From Octopus vulgaris (taxonomy: Eukaryota): a stretch of 64,000 nucleotides of DNA. Both the position numbers and the translations under genes were made by a program. The notes under the pieces are model-generated. The model was not told where the DNA came from and made no database searches. It saw only the letters and a list, made by a program, of their open reading frames with translations. Below, in pieces: positions 1 to 12,778 of the stretch (position 1 is the stretch's first letter; each line of letters starts with the position of its first letter). The stretch lies in NCBI GenBank assembly GCA_951406725.2, contig OX597819.1, positions 72,788,001-72,852,000 on the forward strand. Reading direction: 5' to 3'.

Positions 1-643
1 ATATAAAAAAAAAATTAAATTAATGCATATGCTACTGATCTGTGGCATATTTTAATATATGCATAAAAACTATGTCCAAACGTAACTTCCTTTAGCAACT
101 AGCGATTTTATGAATGAATTGCAGTTTTCTTTCCTTGGTGGTTTGCATATCAAAAATAGCTTCTCTTAAAACGGTATTTGATACACATACATGCATTTAT
201 GATTAAATAGCATGATTAGGAATTTTATAAACATACTGAATATTGTATGCGGGGGGGGGGGCATGCACACACACACACACTCACTCACATGTGGATGAAT
301 GTATACACATACACACATTTACTCTTTCTTTACTGCGAGGTGACTCTTACTGTTTTGTTCTAAGGGAATTCCCCTGGAATGCAACAAAACACTCACCAAT
401 CATTAAATATATTAATATACCTTCTTCTGCTTGATGTAACCCCCCCACCACCACCACCATTTTATTGCTTTTTCTTTCCGTTTCAAATGCAATCGCCAAA
501 TACAAATTGTGTGTATACACATCTTCACATGAGTGCATGTGTATACCAATATACTCCAGAATATATTGGTATCTCTAAACATTCTATCAAATATCTATAT
601 TTTATCCGTATAATTTTCACCTATAAAAGAGATAAGTCTTAAA

Positions 644-684
644 CTTAATGTCTATCCTTATCAAGGACAAGGATAGACATTAAG
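644..684. repeat. Perfect 16-bp inverted repeat (hairpin/cruciform) with 9-nt spacer
   Basis: CTTAATGTCTATCCTT (644-659) is the exact reverse complement of AAGGATAGACATTAAG (669-684). Confidence 0.9.
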
Positions 685-1548
685 CTATTTTTAACCTGGA
701 GCCGTTGAAATAAAAAGAAAAAGCCAGTCTCTTGTTCATTCATTTAAATATATTAAGACTAGGGTGTCTTTTTTTTTTTTTTTTTTTTTTTTTTCAAAAA
801 CGGTGAAACTAAGAGTGTGTGTTTAAAGATTAGAAATAATTTTATTCTACAGATGCTAAGACTAATTTCAAATCATGTAATTAATATCAATTGTGTGATT
901 TCTTGTGGAAGATCTTGATAAACACCAATAAAAAGGTAAGTAGGAGAGTTTTATAACAAACCTAGACAACTGCTCTTAACTAGTGGAGTTTATCAACTTA
1001 ACATTAAAAATCTTAAGTGCTCGTCCTCACTTTAGCAATGTAAACCCAGATAAGTTAATATCACAAGCCTCATGATTACATAGGTTTACCAAACTTTACA
1101 AGTAAAACCAGGAATCTGCGTACTAATATACAGTATCTGATTATTAGAAATAATTACTACTAATTAATAATAATAAGGGAAGTTTGCCAAATACCCTTGT
1201 TAAACCGATCAACTTGTTGCATAATGTTTATTCGTTTTAAAGGAGTTCCCTTCAATGTCTGCGAGATACGATGCAGCCCGCCAGTCTGGCTGGAGGCCGT
1301 GGATGTTGTTGGAAGAATATTACATTACATTGAGATTTGCAGACGTTTCTTTTCTCAGTTCTAGACTATCAGAAATTCAACTTACTCAGACCCAACAACC
1401 ACTTCAATTTCCGTCCTTATACTCTGAGTAATAACATCTGTAATCAAATCACCAGTTAGTTCAAATGTTTGGAATAATTTCTCGAATGCATCGTACAGAA
1501 TGCGTGAAAAAACATCATAACTATTAGTGCGACCAATCGGTTCTTTTT

Positions 1549-1551
<3 letters not shown>

Positions 1552-1594
<43 letters not shown>
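1552..1594. repeat. (TA)n microsatellite
   Basis: Uninterrupted TA run; similar runs near 4860, 7122-7165, 17891-17940, 18346-18393, 35794-35825. Confidence 0.95.
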
Positions 1595-1597
<3 letters not shown>

Positions 1598-2329
1598 TGT
1601 GACTGAGCTCTCATAAAATATAAAAACCAGTGAGGCAACTAAGGAGTTTAAAGAAGACATCCATCACCGATTAATCTTCGGATTAATTAAAAATATAAAT
1701 AAATAAATACAATGATCGGTATTCACTTCAAATGAAATAAATGGGTTATATGTTGACATTGAAATAAGCATTGGTAAAGTATTCAATTTCATGTTTCAAT
1801 CAGTTAATTGAAAAATAATAAAACGACGTCCAAACACTGATTTATATTTACAACAAATAAATCGAGATATTGACCGAATTTCTCACAGTAATTCTCTCAC
1901 CATAAAAATTAGATGTTTCATTTTATATTCAAAACCGATTCTCATTGAAAAAAGAGAAAAATAGATTTACAGAATGAATAATTAGATAATTCAATGAAAA
2001 TTAATCAAAATAATTAACCTAAAAATGTGAATTAGGTCCCCCTAATACGTAAGAAACGAGTAAAATAGATAGGATAGAAAAGGGTGCAGTCATGACTGGT
2101 GTGTATAAATATATTAAATGTAGCGGGGATTGCAGTTGAGATCCGTCGAAAAATTTGATGTAAATCAACTTGCAGACAAACACGAACATGTAAATATAAT
2201 GAGAGCAGTGTCTGAATTATTTAAGACTTAATAACAGTCCATTTTAAAACAATACAAAGCTCTATGTTATAATAACAACAGCATATAACCATTAGTGGAG
2301 AAGAGATTTAGTCTTTTCCATCACCAATA

Positions 2330-4857
2330 ACACTATCATCGATCGTTATAAATACATAGACATGTGTTTCCATTTCAAAGAAAGCCCGAAGAAATAACGG
2401 CAGATTAAATAAAATGCCTTTTTCCTAACCAGAACGACGACGGCGATGGTTGCCATCGTGATAAAATATTTTTTAAAGAAATTAAGCTTTAAAAAGCAAC
2501 CATAAATAAATTTTACAAAAATACGTTTGAAGTGTTGGAGATAAAAAGTGAAAGGAGAGAGAAAAAATAAAATAAGTGAAAAAATTTCAAGTAAGGGCGA
2601 GTGGTCATTATGTTGATGGCATTTAATTGAATTTTCACAACACAGTGCCCTCCATTATTACATGACGATGTACGCGTATGTGTGTGTGTGCGTGTGTGTT
2701 TGTGCGTGTGCGCGGGCGCGCGTGTGTATGTGTGTGTATACCTTTGTAGACACATGTCAGCATGCAATTTACATATATTCACACACGCATGCGTAACGGT
2801 TGCTACCAATGTCTGCTCGTATTTCTAGTCCGATACAACAAATCACTATCGCTTTTGATTGTGGATATGTTTGTATGAATATGTGCCTGGTTGTGTGTGT
2901 GTACATGTGTGTGTGCGTGCGTGCGTGTTCGTGGCCTAAAGAAATGAATTAAAAAGATCGACAATTGGAAGTCTGAACCATCCCTTACAACCACTCGCTT
3001 TGTATTCGTTGTAGATTCAACTAAACAACAACAGCAACACCAACAATAATAAAAGACATTTTTTGTTGATTAAAAAAATTAATAAAAATATTTAGCATAA
3101 TACTAATAAATGTGTGACCCGCGTAATATGATGACGGGTAGTAGTGGTAGTAGTAACAGCGGTAGTAGTAGTAGTAGTTGACAAATAAACGCGAAAGCCA
3201 GCACTACCTACCTCATAGTAGTAACTAAGACTAGAGAAAGAACTCCGTATAGCAGCAGTAATAATAATAACAGTAGTGATAGTAGTAGTATAAATAGTAG
3301 TGTGGGAATTAGGGCTTGTAGTAGCAGTAGTAGTAGTTGTAAAGATTATTATCCTGACGGGGTTAACACAGAGAGGTGATAGTGATGAAAATAAATCCAG
3401 TTGAGTAATAGCAGCAAGCTAATGAAGATGACAACAGCTCATCAGATGTAGTAACGCCTGAGCCATTATCATTTCTCTTGGTAACATCACGATTGTCGAC
3501 ATGGACAGCAAAGGACACATCCCTGGAGCAGTGAGTGTTCCAGATCCAGCAGCAGCAGTAGTAGTAGTAGTAGCAGTAATAACAGTATTATTAACAATGT
3601 TGTAGTAGTAGTAGTATTAGTAAGGGTGGTATGGTGGTGGTGGTGGTTTGGAAGTGTTGGTGTTGTTGTTCGTCTTTGATGTTGATGGTGTTGAGCAAGG
3701 TAGGGAGAACAATCGAGTAACAACGAATGACCACCGAAGCTGCACAAAACCCAACGAACAGGCGATGTGCATTGCTATGTGAATGATTGCTTGGACTTAA
3801 CAAAAATATTTCTGGCAAGGTACACACGGTTCCAAAATAATAAACAATAATCGGAATAAAGAAATAATATATTTATGTAATATATAAATATTATTATGTT
3901 GTTGTTGTTATTGTTGTTTTTTTTTTTAAAAAAAGGGAGTAAAAAAAAAAAAGGAAAAGGCATTTACCACATGCTGCTGCTTGTGGTGGTGCTCTCCTAC
4001 TGCAGCACATCAGCAAAAGCAATCCGCCATGTTTGAGTGAAACTAGTAGTAGTAGTAGCAGTAGTGATGGTAGTAGTAGTAGTAGTATTTGAGGTGGTGG
4101 TGGTAGTAGTAATAATAAGAACAGAGCCAAAGCGACTGACAGCCTAGTGTCAATCATTAACGCTAATACTAACAACAACAATAATAATAATGATTGCAGC
4201 AGATCTGGTAATAAGAGCAGTTACATACATACATACATAAGCACTGACAAACAGAACAAGGAACCTCCCCCACTCACACTGCCTCGCTTTCTCTCTTTCT
4301 TCTCTCTCTCTCTCTCTCTATCCTTCCCCCTCTCTCTCTCACTCTTTCTTTCTCCCTCATCGAAACCGACCTGTCATCGTCGGTTCGTGCAGCTGCATGT
4401 TGTACATCCTGGCAGCTGTAGCAAGTTCAAATGGTCGGACTAGTTTTTATTGGAGCTGGTGGTGGTGGTGGTGGGGAAAGGAAAAACCAGAAGACGTCTA
4501 TTGTTATAGTAGTAACAGTAGTAGCGGCTGTAGTAGTTGTAGTAACAGCAGCAGCAGGTCATTAAAACCTTCTCGTAAACAACAAGCTTTTCTCTCTCTC
4601 TCTCTAATCGTGAGATCTGAACAGTAGTTTAGTTTTTAAATACAGTTTACAAATGGCAGATACTCGCTTTTAATGCCTACGGTGGTTTCCTTTGCACGCC
4701 AGTTGGAGAAATGGTTTGATTACTGTCTTCTTGTTATAAGTGACTGATAACATATTTAACATGTATATTATATTAGAAGAGAGAGTAAGATCTCTTGATA
4801 TTCCGTCAACACTGCCACTCTCTCAGGCTCTACTAATCTGTCAAAATTCTTGCCGTA

Positions 4858-4894
<37 letters not shown>

Positions 4895-5800
4895 ACAATT
4901 ACAGAAATACACTCGAACCAACAAATCAGAAATTCTACCTCTATTTTTCTCTATTTTCTTCAATCTATATATTTCCCGGGAGATACGTATCTGATAAAAC
5001 GGCTAAGCAAAATTCATTTAAAGAAATATAGCAAACAGAAGTTTTCTACCGCTACCATTCTCTCTGTTTTCTTTCTCCTTTTAATTTAGAATAATTTTTG
5101 ACCGGCCACCTGCTTGGTAGCAAGGTTGTGAAGCAAAATCTCTTGATTAGTTCATCCTTTAAGTCTTGAGGTCTCGCAGATTTCTACGGTTCCAGATATC
5201 GCGATCATTACGAATTAAGGATTTGCGTTCTCTCTTTAAGAACCGAAGTTTAGCCATACTTTGCTCCAGATGGGCTGGTACATATCAGGCATGCATGTAT
5301 CTGCTAGTGTTGATTGCCGGACAAAAAAAAAATATCACAGAGGTTAATATTTTTATTTTGGTCGAATCAATCATTCCCTTCTTAGACTGAATTTTGCATG
5401 TGAAGTGCACAGGGTCTTCAGCCGATACACACAAGTGTTTGTGGTGTGTAAACACGCGCGCGCGCGCATGCGAAAATATGGTGAAATACCTCTATTATTG
5501 CGCTTGCGAATATTGCGCACATGAATCTCATTTACTGCGCTGTGCAGCGCGCACACACGCACACACACCTGTTTGCAAGCAGTCCAATGAAAATGTGAAG
5601 AAAGCTAAGTGGAAACTAACGAAACAGCCACCCACCCCACTCCCAGGGATACATATTAGGATTTGGGGGGGAGGGGTAAGACGGAAGTGTGGATGATATA
5701 TTGCAGTAACCAAATATCCCGCCTAATTGGAAAACAAAACAGTTATTTAAAATGGTGGTTCTATTGATGAAATGGATTGTGGTTTACATAACAGACGGCG
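2330..5800. promoter_or_regulatory. CpG-retaining, nearly TE-free block with dense triplet repeats; putative promoter / 5' UTR region of an unidentified transcript
   Basis: Many CpGs (e.g. gcgcgggcgcgcg about 2710, cgcgcgcgcgcg about 5455) in an otherwise CpG-depleted window. (GTA)n/(GGT)n/(AAC)n tracts 3020-4560. Minus-strand AAACATGGCGG (YY1-like) at 4024-4034. Minus-strand donor-like GTGAGT (4272-4277) and GTAAAT (3962-3967). No long ORF. Confidence 0.45.
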
Positions 5801-6917
5801 AAAAAAAAATTAAGATTTGCTCAATCTAAATTTAGAGGGTCGTGGCATTCATAAGTCGATGTAGTTTGTTTACACCTGGGAATGTGTAGAACAGAACGAA
5901 GGTAAATTGCTTTGATTTGCATGAAATGGAGGCCTCAATGACATTTTAAATTCAGAGCTGCAACATGCATAAATAGGATGAGAGAGAGACCATCAAGAAA
6001 GAAAAACATAACAACACTGAGATGCAATCGAAAGAATTTGCAATTAAAGAACTCCACGTTATTTTTAGAATTTCTAAAGATAAGGAAGCACATGACAATG
6101 GATGTAGATAAAGGCAAAAGAAGGTTAGTTGGAGCGGCGGACGTGATGAGTTACAAAATCTTCATTGTTATATTTGAGCACAAAAGGTGCCGAGGTCAGT
6201 TTTGCCTTTAATCGTTTTGGGATCGATAATAAAATAAAGTTCCAGTCATACACCAAGGCTGAAGCAATGTTCCGATCAGGCAACATGGATGTGAAGGAGA
6301 TTATATTAGATGGCAGAGAGAGATCTATAGAAGGTGCAGAAAACAAAATCAAATAAGATTTTTACATTATTTCTTAGAAAATAGAATATATATATATAAT
6401 CATTCTCTTTGTTTTTTATTTATTTATTTTGCATATGCTCTTAACGGCAACAAAGAGATTTCATTACATCCAGTTTTGCATTTATGATTTCCATAGAATT
6501 TTCAATTTTCTTTCCCCGAGTAATTTCGGAAAACTAAAAATTTATTTTATATATCATTTTTTGCTTTTCTAGAGATCAGAATATATCTATTTATATGTTA
6601 ATAAATATTAATGTTCAGGTGTTTGGCCAGCCCACATTATGCGAAATAAAGGGCTATTACTCCTATGCGTGCGTTTGAGTTGTTACGTGTATACATATGT
6701 ACATGCTTTATACACGTGTGCGCGCATACACACACACATACAAAAAGATAGATTTGGTACACTCTGTAAAGCGGTTGATGTTAGGAAGGGTACCCAGCTA
6801 TAGAAAACACTGCCAATGAAGACACTGAAGCTTGATGCTGTTCCCCAACTTATTGGATCCTGCAAAACCATTCCATCAGCACAGAAGGAAGATATTAAAT
6901 GGTGAAGATATATATAT

Positions 6918-7117
6918 TTCCTTCCGGTCTTTCAAAATGTGACCTCGTGTGTACCGTTGGCGATTTTTTTTCCTCTGTCTTCCCTTCTCCTGTTTCCGAC
7001 GAAGAGATCCGCTCGAAACGTTAAACCCTCCTTCTCTCCTGAGCATCCAATAATACTACATTTGATCCACGTCCTCGCGTTGTTGTGTTTTTTTTTTGTG
7101 CTTTCTTGTTTGGATTA

Positions 7118-7121
<4 letters not shown>
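6918..7121 (+). mobile_element. Penelope-like element (PLE) terminal-repeat fragment ending in (TA)n
   Basis: Contains a minimal hammerhead with palindromic ACGT stem III, as in PLE pseudo-LTRs; abuts a TA microsatellite; CpG-rich, so probably young. Confidence 0.55.
6992..7026 (+). ncRNA. Minimal type I hammerhead ribozyme (CCGACGA core variant)
   Basis: Stem I GTTT/AAAC; core CCGACGA-A; stem II GAG/CTC with loop ATCCG; GAAA; palindromic stem III ACGT; cleavage triplet GUU. Confidence 0.65.
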
Positions 7122-7169
<48 letters not shown>

Positions 7170-7177
7170 CATACACA

Positions 7178-7470
7178 CAGAGTGATTCAAAAGTCTCCAA
7201 CAGGAAAAATTTATGTTTTTTTTAATAGGAAACAGTTTATTAAATCCCCTAATCTGACCCCTCCTGATTTCTGTCTTTGAAAGGCATGGTGTATCGCAGA
7301 AAGATAAAAGACAAATCATTTGAAGGAACGTATCACCAACTCATTTGTACACATACCACCAGACGTGCTATTACAAGTTCACAATGGGTGGGATAAACGT
7401 ATTGCAATGTGTATTCAAAACAATGGTAACCATATAGAGCCTGTTGTATGGCGACTTTTGAATCATCCTG
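7178..7470 (+). mobile_element. Internally deleted Tc1/mariner-superfamily element
   Basis: TIRs CAGAGTGATTCAAAAGTCTCCA (from 7178) and TGGCGACTTTTGAATCATCCTG (to 7470) followed by TA. Internal frames give PNLTPPDF (SPDLTPxDF motif) and LKERITNSFVHIPPDVLLQVHNGWDKRIAMCIQNNGNHIE, typical of a transposase C-terminus. Confidence 0.85.
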
Positions 7471-7487
7471 TATATACACATAAATAC

Positions 7488-7990
7488 ATGTTCGTCCTTG
7501 AGTACGATGAGGACAATCTAGTCCTCCTTAGGGATGAGTGGTAACTTTAAAATGAAGGGTTGCACACCACCAACCTCACTCTCTTGTCTGTGACCAGTGC
7601 CAAGACCAGGTCAAGGCGACTGGGGATGGGGATGGAGACAGTGGATGACCAAGATGTCTTATTTGCCTTTCTTTGATCTCTCTACAATGCACTGCTGCAG
7701 CCAAACTTCCCTTCAGTTGAACCATGTTGGTTTCTACATGATAGTCTTCACAGGCAGGTAGGCAGGCCTTAATGTGCTAGTTGACCTATACCTGGGACTT
7801 TGATAGGTGCTACTACTTTGGTTTGGACAAGACCTGAGAATGGTAGTGGCTGGGATGTTGTGTCACACTCATCAAAACCTTGGAAATCCTAAACCAGGGC
7901 CCCATGTGTGTGCGTGCTCATGCACGCATAACTTTACTTGCTCCAACCAGAGGTTGTGGCCATGCTGGAGCACCATCACTGGTATGATTA
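7488..7990 (-). mobile_element. Degenerate RTE/BovB-related retroelement 3' region
   Basis: GC-richer block beginning gttcgtccttgagtacgatgaggac, resembling RTE-BovB-type tails in reverse; recognised from memory only. Confidence 0.35.
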
Positions 7991-9854
7991 TTTAGTCTAG
8001 TCCATCTCATATCCATGGTCACTTTTCCTTGTTTGGTTTTGGTGAATGACCCTGACAGCATCATTGTTATGCTGTCAATGAAACAGTTTAGAGTCAAGAG
8101 CCAGGTTATAAATGAAATTGGTAGTTGCAAAACAGTAAACTTAATGATGTTTAAGATAGGTATTTTTTCTCCCCCCAACCCCATTATTCTTTACAAAACA
8201 GTTAGCTAAATGTTTATTTAGATGGGTTTTACTTTATCTTCAGCTTCTATTAAAAAAAAAAAGAAAAGAAAATATTATCTTATCTAATAAACGTAGATGC
8301 CTAGTCTTCAATGTAAAAACAAGTGACTATTGCAAATGGAAGAACTGGCTTGAACTGAGTGGGTGGGGACAATATGGCAAGGTTATAAAGTGGTTACAAC
8401 CTTCATTCCTTTAGTAACATATAAATAAATGCAAGAAAAAGCGGGGACAGGGCACTACAGGGCATGTAAGCAGTGCATCCAGTGGGAGGAGGAAAATGTA
8501 ACGATATTTCAAATGACTACAAGTAAAACCAACATTTGAAAGATCAACAGATAACTTATATGACTATGTCCTGATATGAATTAGAGAAGCAGAGTTTTTT
8601 TGTTTTTTTTTTGTTTATCTAAAAAAGACTACAATATGTTAAATATGTCAGAAGCGCAGCAGTGTCAGGCATGTTAAGTTGGTAATTGGAAGGAGAAAAA
8701 CTGTAAAAGCCAGAGAGGATTAAGAGAAATATGATCTGCTAAATGTAGGAAGTGAATGAGAAAGAGACTTAAGTTTGAAGAAGGAAGATAATGTGGCTGG
8801 CAATAAGACAGCACAAGCTGATTATAAGACATTCAAGATATATGAAGAACATGTGAGGGCGACAAAGTGAAATGAGTGACATTACAATTAGTTGATGACA
8901 ATGCAGGCAGTAATACTTGAAATAAGTCATAGATCAAGGCAGTCAGGATTGACCTAAGAGAGTTAAGAGTTAACAGATCAAACAGGAGGAGGAATAACAA
9001 CAAAGAAGAGTGTTGGAAAGTTATGTGAAAAATCTCTGTTTATGACAACATTAGTCTGGAGTTTTCTTTCTTTCTCTCTATTCTTTTCTTTCAAGAAGTG
9101 AGTCGCCATGTGATCTCTGATGATTCCTTAACATAAGATATCCAATATTAGAGGCAAGAGTTTATCTGGGATAGTTTCACTATATAGTTATGTCATAATA
9201 CCTCTTCAAATAAACAAGGCAATAAACTCTTAGGTACAAAGTATTTTAGCATGACAGCAAGAGTATATTCCATTCTACTATGTCAGGACTACTAAGTTTC
9301 ATAAAAAAAATTTTTTAATGAAAATTAAGAGACAGTGTAAAATTAAAGCATTAAATAGTTTTATGTTTAAGGCGTCTCAACTATATAATAGTTATGGCTC
9401 TTACCTCTCCTGATAACACACCAGCCATGGCAGGTGTTAATAATATATGAATCTTTTAAAGTTGATTGAAGAATATTATTATTATCACAATGATTTTATC
9501 AGTTTAATAACTATCAATTGTTGAATCCAAATGGACAAGATAAGCTAGACCAAACAAAGCTAACATTTATAATAGATATTTTTACATTTGGATATCTCCA
9601 GGCACAAGCATCTGATATCCATCTGGCTAAAAAGTGTCAGCCAGCAGAAAAGTACCCAAGAATCATGGACCTGGATGTAGCTCAACCCCCTTAAAATGTA
9701 GGAAGTTAAAGGCTGAAACACTTGTCTGAGTTGGTGATTCTCCTCTGAAGACCTTCTGTCGATCAGCTCTCGAGAATTTCTTATCACTTCTTAACTTTTG
9801 ATAAATTATGGAATGGCTACCAACAAAATATAGATCCAACAGTTTTTACCTATG

Positions 9855-10260
9855 TGAGGTGGCTGAGTGGTTAAAAACCCTGATTCCCAACCATGTGGTC
9901 TCAGGCTCTGTCCAACTGTGCGGCACCTTACACAAGTGTCTTCTACAATATTCTCAGGCCAACCAAAGCCTTGTGATTGAATTCAGTAGACAGAAACTGA
10001 AAGAAGCCTGTTGTGAGTGTGTGCGCACATACATACATGCAGGCATGAGCCCTTCACTTGACATTAAAGTTGTAAACAAAAGGCATTGTCATATAAGTGA
10101 CATTATTTGTTTTCAATCTTTTGTGGAAAAACATTTCTAGCCACAGAGAAAACATTAATTTGCTTGGAAATGGGTAAGGGTTGGCAACTGGAAGGGCATC
10201 CTAAACAAATTTCATCTGACCCATGTAAGCATGGCAGAATGTATGTTAAATGATGATGAT
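9855..10260 (+). mobile_element. tRNA-derived SINE family A (octopus OR-type-like) with (ATG)n tail
   Basis: Head gtggctgagtggttaa...cccaaccatgtgg; body gacagaaactgaaagaagcc; tail gttaaatgatgatgat; matches many other copies in the window. Confidence 0.8.
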
Positions 10261-11394
10261 TTCAAAAACCCAATGAAAACAGAAGAATTTCTACTGAATT
10301 CAATACTATTAGTTCATGATTGCAATTTTAATGCTAGAAAATGGCTGGGGGAAAGATTTGTCATTTGTAAAAGATATATCTTTATACCTGGAATATGCTC
10401 AAACATTATCAGGGTCATACAAATGGAAAATATAACATTGAACAGTAACAGCAAACAGGTTAGTTCTTTGGAACAAGTTCTATCTATCACAGAATCGTAT
10501 CAAATACCTAACACATCTATGACAGTTTCTGGAATTTAAATGGTAAAAATTGAATGATTCATCCATTCATCCCTTTTCTCTGCCCACTTACTATTCCTGA
10601 GAGAGTCATTGGGTTAGAGTCCTCAGGCACCTCTTCCATAGAGTCCTATCAGAAGCAACCAACATTACACTTTCCTGCTGGATTCTCAAGTTTGACCAAC
10701 TGAGACCATACTGACCACAGATATTATGCAACCATCTCATTCTTAGTCTACTCCCAGATCTCTTGCTGGTTGGCTCAGCTTGAAGAATCAGTGGTTTTGC
10801 AATTCTTTCTTGTGATATTCTAATTCATGTCCATAGTACTGGAACCATGACATTTCAAGGATCTGCAGCAATAAATGCTAAAACACAAGAAATCTGCTTG
10901 ATCCATGACAGCGCAAAACTACCTTCGTGCAGCCCGCCAGCTAAAACTGCTGTCTGTTGAAAATGTAGCTATTGGTATCTACATCATTTCTACTCTATTT
11001 TCTTTAGTCAGTATTCAATCTCAATATATTACTCTGACAACGATATATTCTGATACTTGGTTCCTTATATCTTTGGCAATAATGAAAATTAATGTCAAGG
11101 TAAATGAAATTCTTCATGGGGTGGAGTGGGGGGAGTACTGTTTCCATAATTTTGAGCTAACAGCATGAACGAATGAGTTTTACATTTTCAAAATAAAAGA
11201 TTCTATAAATATGTACAACTTTCTTAAGTTCTACAATTTAGTGCATCATCACCATCATCATTTAACATCTATAAGTGGCTGAGAGTGGGTGGTGGGGGTT
11301 GTTAAACTTGCTTAAAATTTCACCCCAAGTTGTAAACCTTTTTGCAAACAAACCTTGCCAATAGAATAGAAGATCAAGAATTTGAGGATTATAG

Positions 11395-11735
11395 GGGCAC
11401 AGGCATGGGAGTGTGGTTAAGAAGTTAGCTTTTAAACCACATGGTTTCTGGTTCAGTCCACTGCATGGTACCTTGGGCCCCAGGCCAATCAAAGCTTTGA
11501 AACTGAAAGACACCCACTGTGTGCATGTTTCCTTGTCTTGATACTGTATGAGAGTTAGAATTCAATGTATCCAAGAAGTGCCATTCACTATATCTGGCCA
11601 TGAGGAAATATTACTTTGCTTGGAAAGAGGTATGGGTTGTTGACAGGAAGGACATCTGGCTATAGAAAATACACTTCAATAAACTTCATCCAACTTGTAC
11701 AAGCATAGAAAAAGTGGACGTTCAAAAGATGATGA
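11395..11735 (+). mobile_element. SINE family A copy
   Basis: ggcacaggcatgggagtgtggttaagaag...ggttcagtccactgcatggtaccttgggc; tail gtggacgttcaaaagatgatg. Confidence 0.8.
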
Positions 11736-12465
11736 AATTCACAAAAACAAGTATAAAACACTGTGGCATTCACAGAATTTGGTTGTTATTGGCAAGTCCA
11801 GTTAAAAAAATAAAACTCATCTGTGTAGATAATTATTCTACAGAGTTTGAAGCTTCCCTAATTCCCCATAGAAGATGATCTGCTTCATCCTTTATCCAAA
11901 TATAAAATATTGTAGCAAAACTAGTGATCTAAGTAACCCTTATTATATCAAGTTTGTATAAAACCTGTGAAAAACCATAACTTTCCAAAGCAGCTGGGAG
12001 TTTCTATCAATACATCACTGAGGCATCAATGAATTTATCAACAAAAGGAAACTTCAAAGGTTCCTATTCATACCCGAATGATTTTTATTTTATTTAATTT
12101 TCTTGGTTTGTGGTGGAATAAAATAGGTGCTTGATACCAATATTCTGAATTTCTTTAAAGCATCAAAACATAATTTCTTAGCTTATCTAATCTCACATGA
12201 AAAATTACATCCACTTCTGGAATACTTTTGACCTCTCAAAGCGCAATCTACACCTCTAAACAGTAAAGAATTACAACAAGCACTTGGGTTACTATGCCAA
12301 ATGATACCATTTGTATCATCATCATTTAACATCCATTTTCCATGGTGGCATGTGTTGGATGGTTTGACAGAGTCCAGTGTACAGCAGAGCTACAACAGAC
12401 ACTAATGCCAGCTTTGGCATGGTTTCTTACAGCTGGATGTCCTTTCTAAAGCCAACACTTTAGAG

Positions 12466-12778
12466 CAGTAGTTCTCAACCAGGGTCCATATAAGATTGGG
12501 GGGGGGGGTCCGCACAACAAAATAGTAAATTGGGAGTCCACAACAGTATTTTAAGAGCCCCTGAAACATTTTTTTACTTTAGACATATGTATTGCAAGAT
12601 ACAGCTAGATTTCTTTCTCTAATATTTTATGTGTGAAAAACAAGACAGGAATTTTGAAAGAAGTTTCTATAAAACTAGTTTTTAAACATATAATGGTTGG
12701 GGGGTCCCCACCAGAATAAAATAGTAATCAAAGGTGGGGGGGGGGAATCCACAGATAAAAAATGGTTGAGAACCCCTG
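12466..12778. mobile_element. hAT (Charlie-like) MITE inserted in an RTE/SINE tail
   Basis: TIRs CAGTAGTTCTCAACC / GGTTGAGAACCCCTG; perfect 8-bp TSD CTTTAGAG at 12458-12465 and 12779-12786. Confidence 0.9.

Noticed and set aside
3487-4627. Poly-Q/poly-T/poly-S ORFs as a possible ataxin-7 polyglutamine exon
   Set aside because: All frames close quickly, and the polyQ tract in ATXN7 lies upstream of the zinc finger, not 42 kb downstream
5978-6356. Overlapping plus-strand ORFs that look protein-like
   Set aside because: The second half is a decayed SINE B core (gaggtcagttttgcctttaatcgttttgggatcgataa); no recognisable homology
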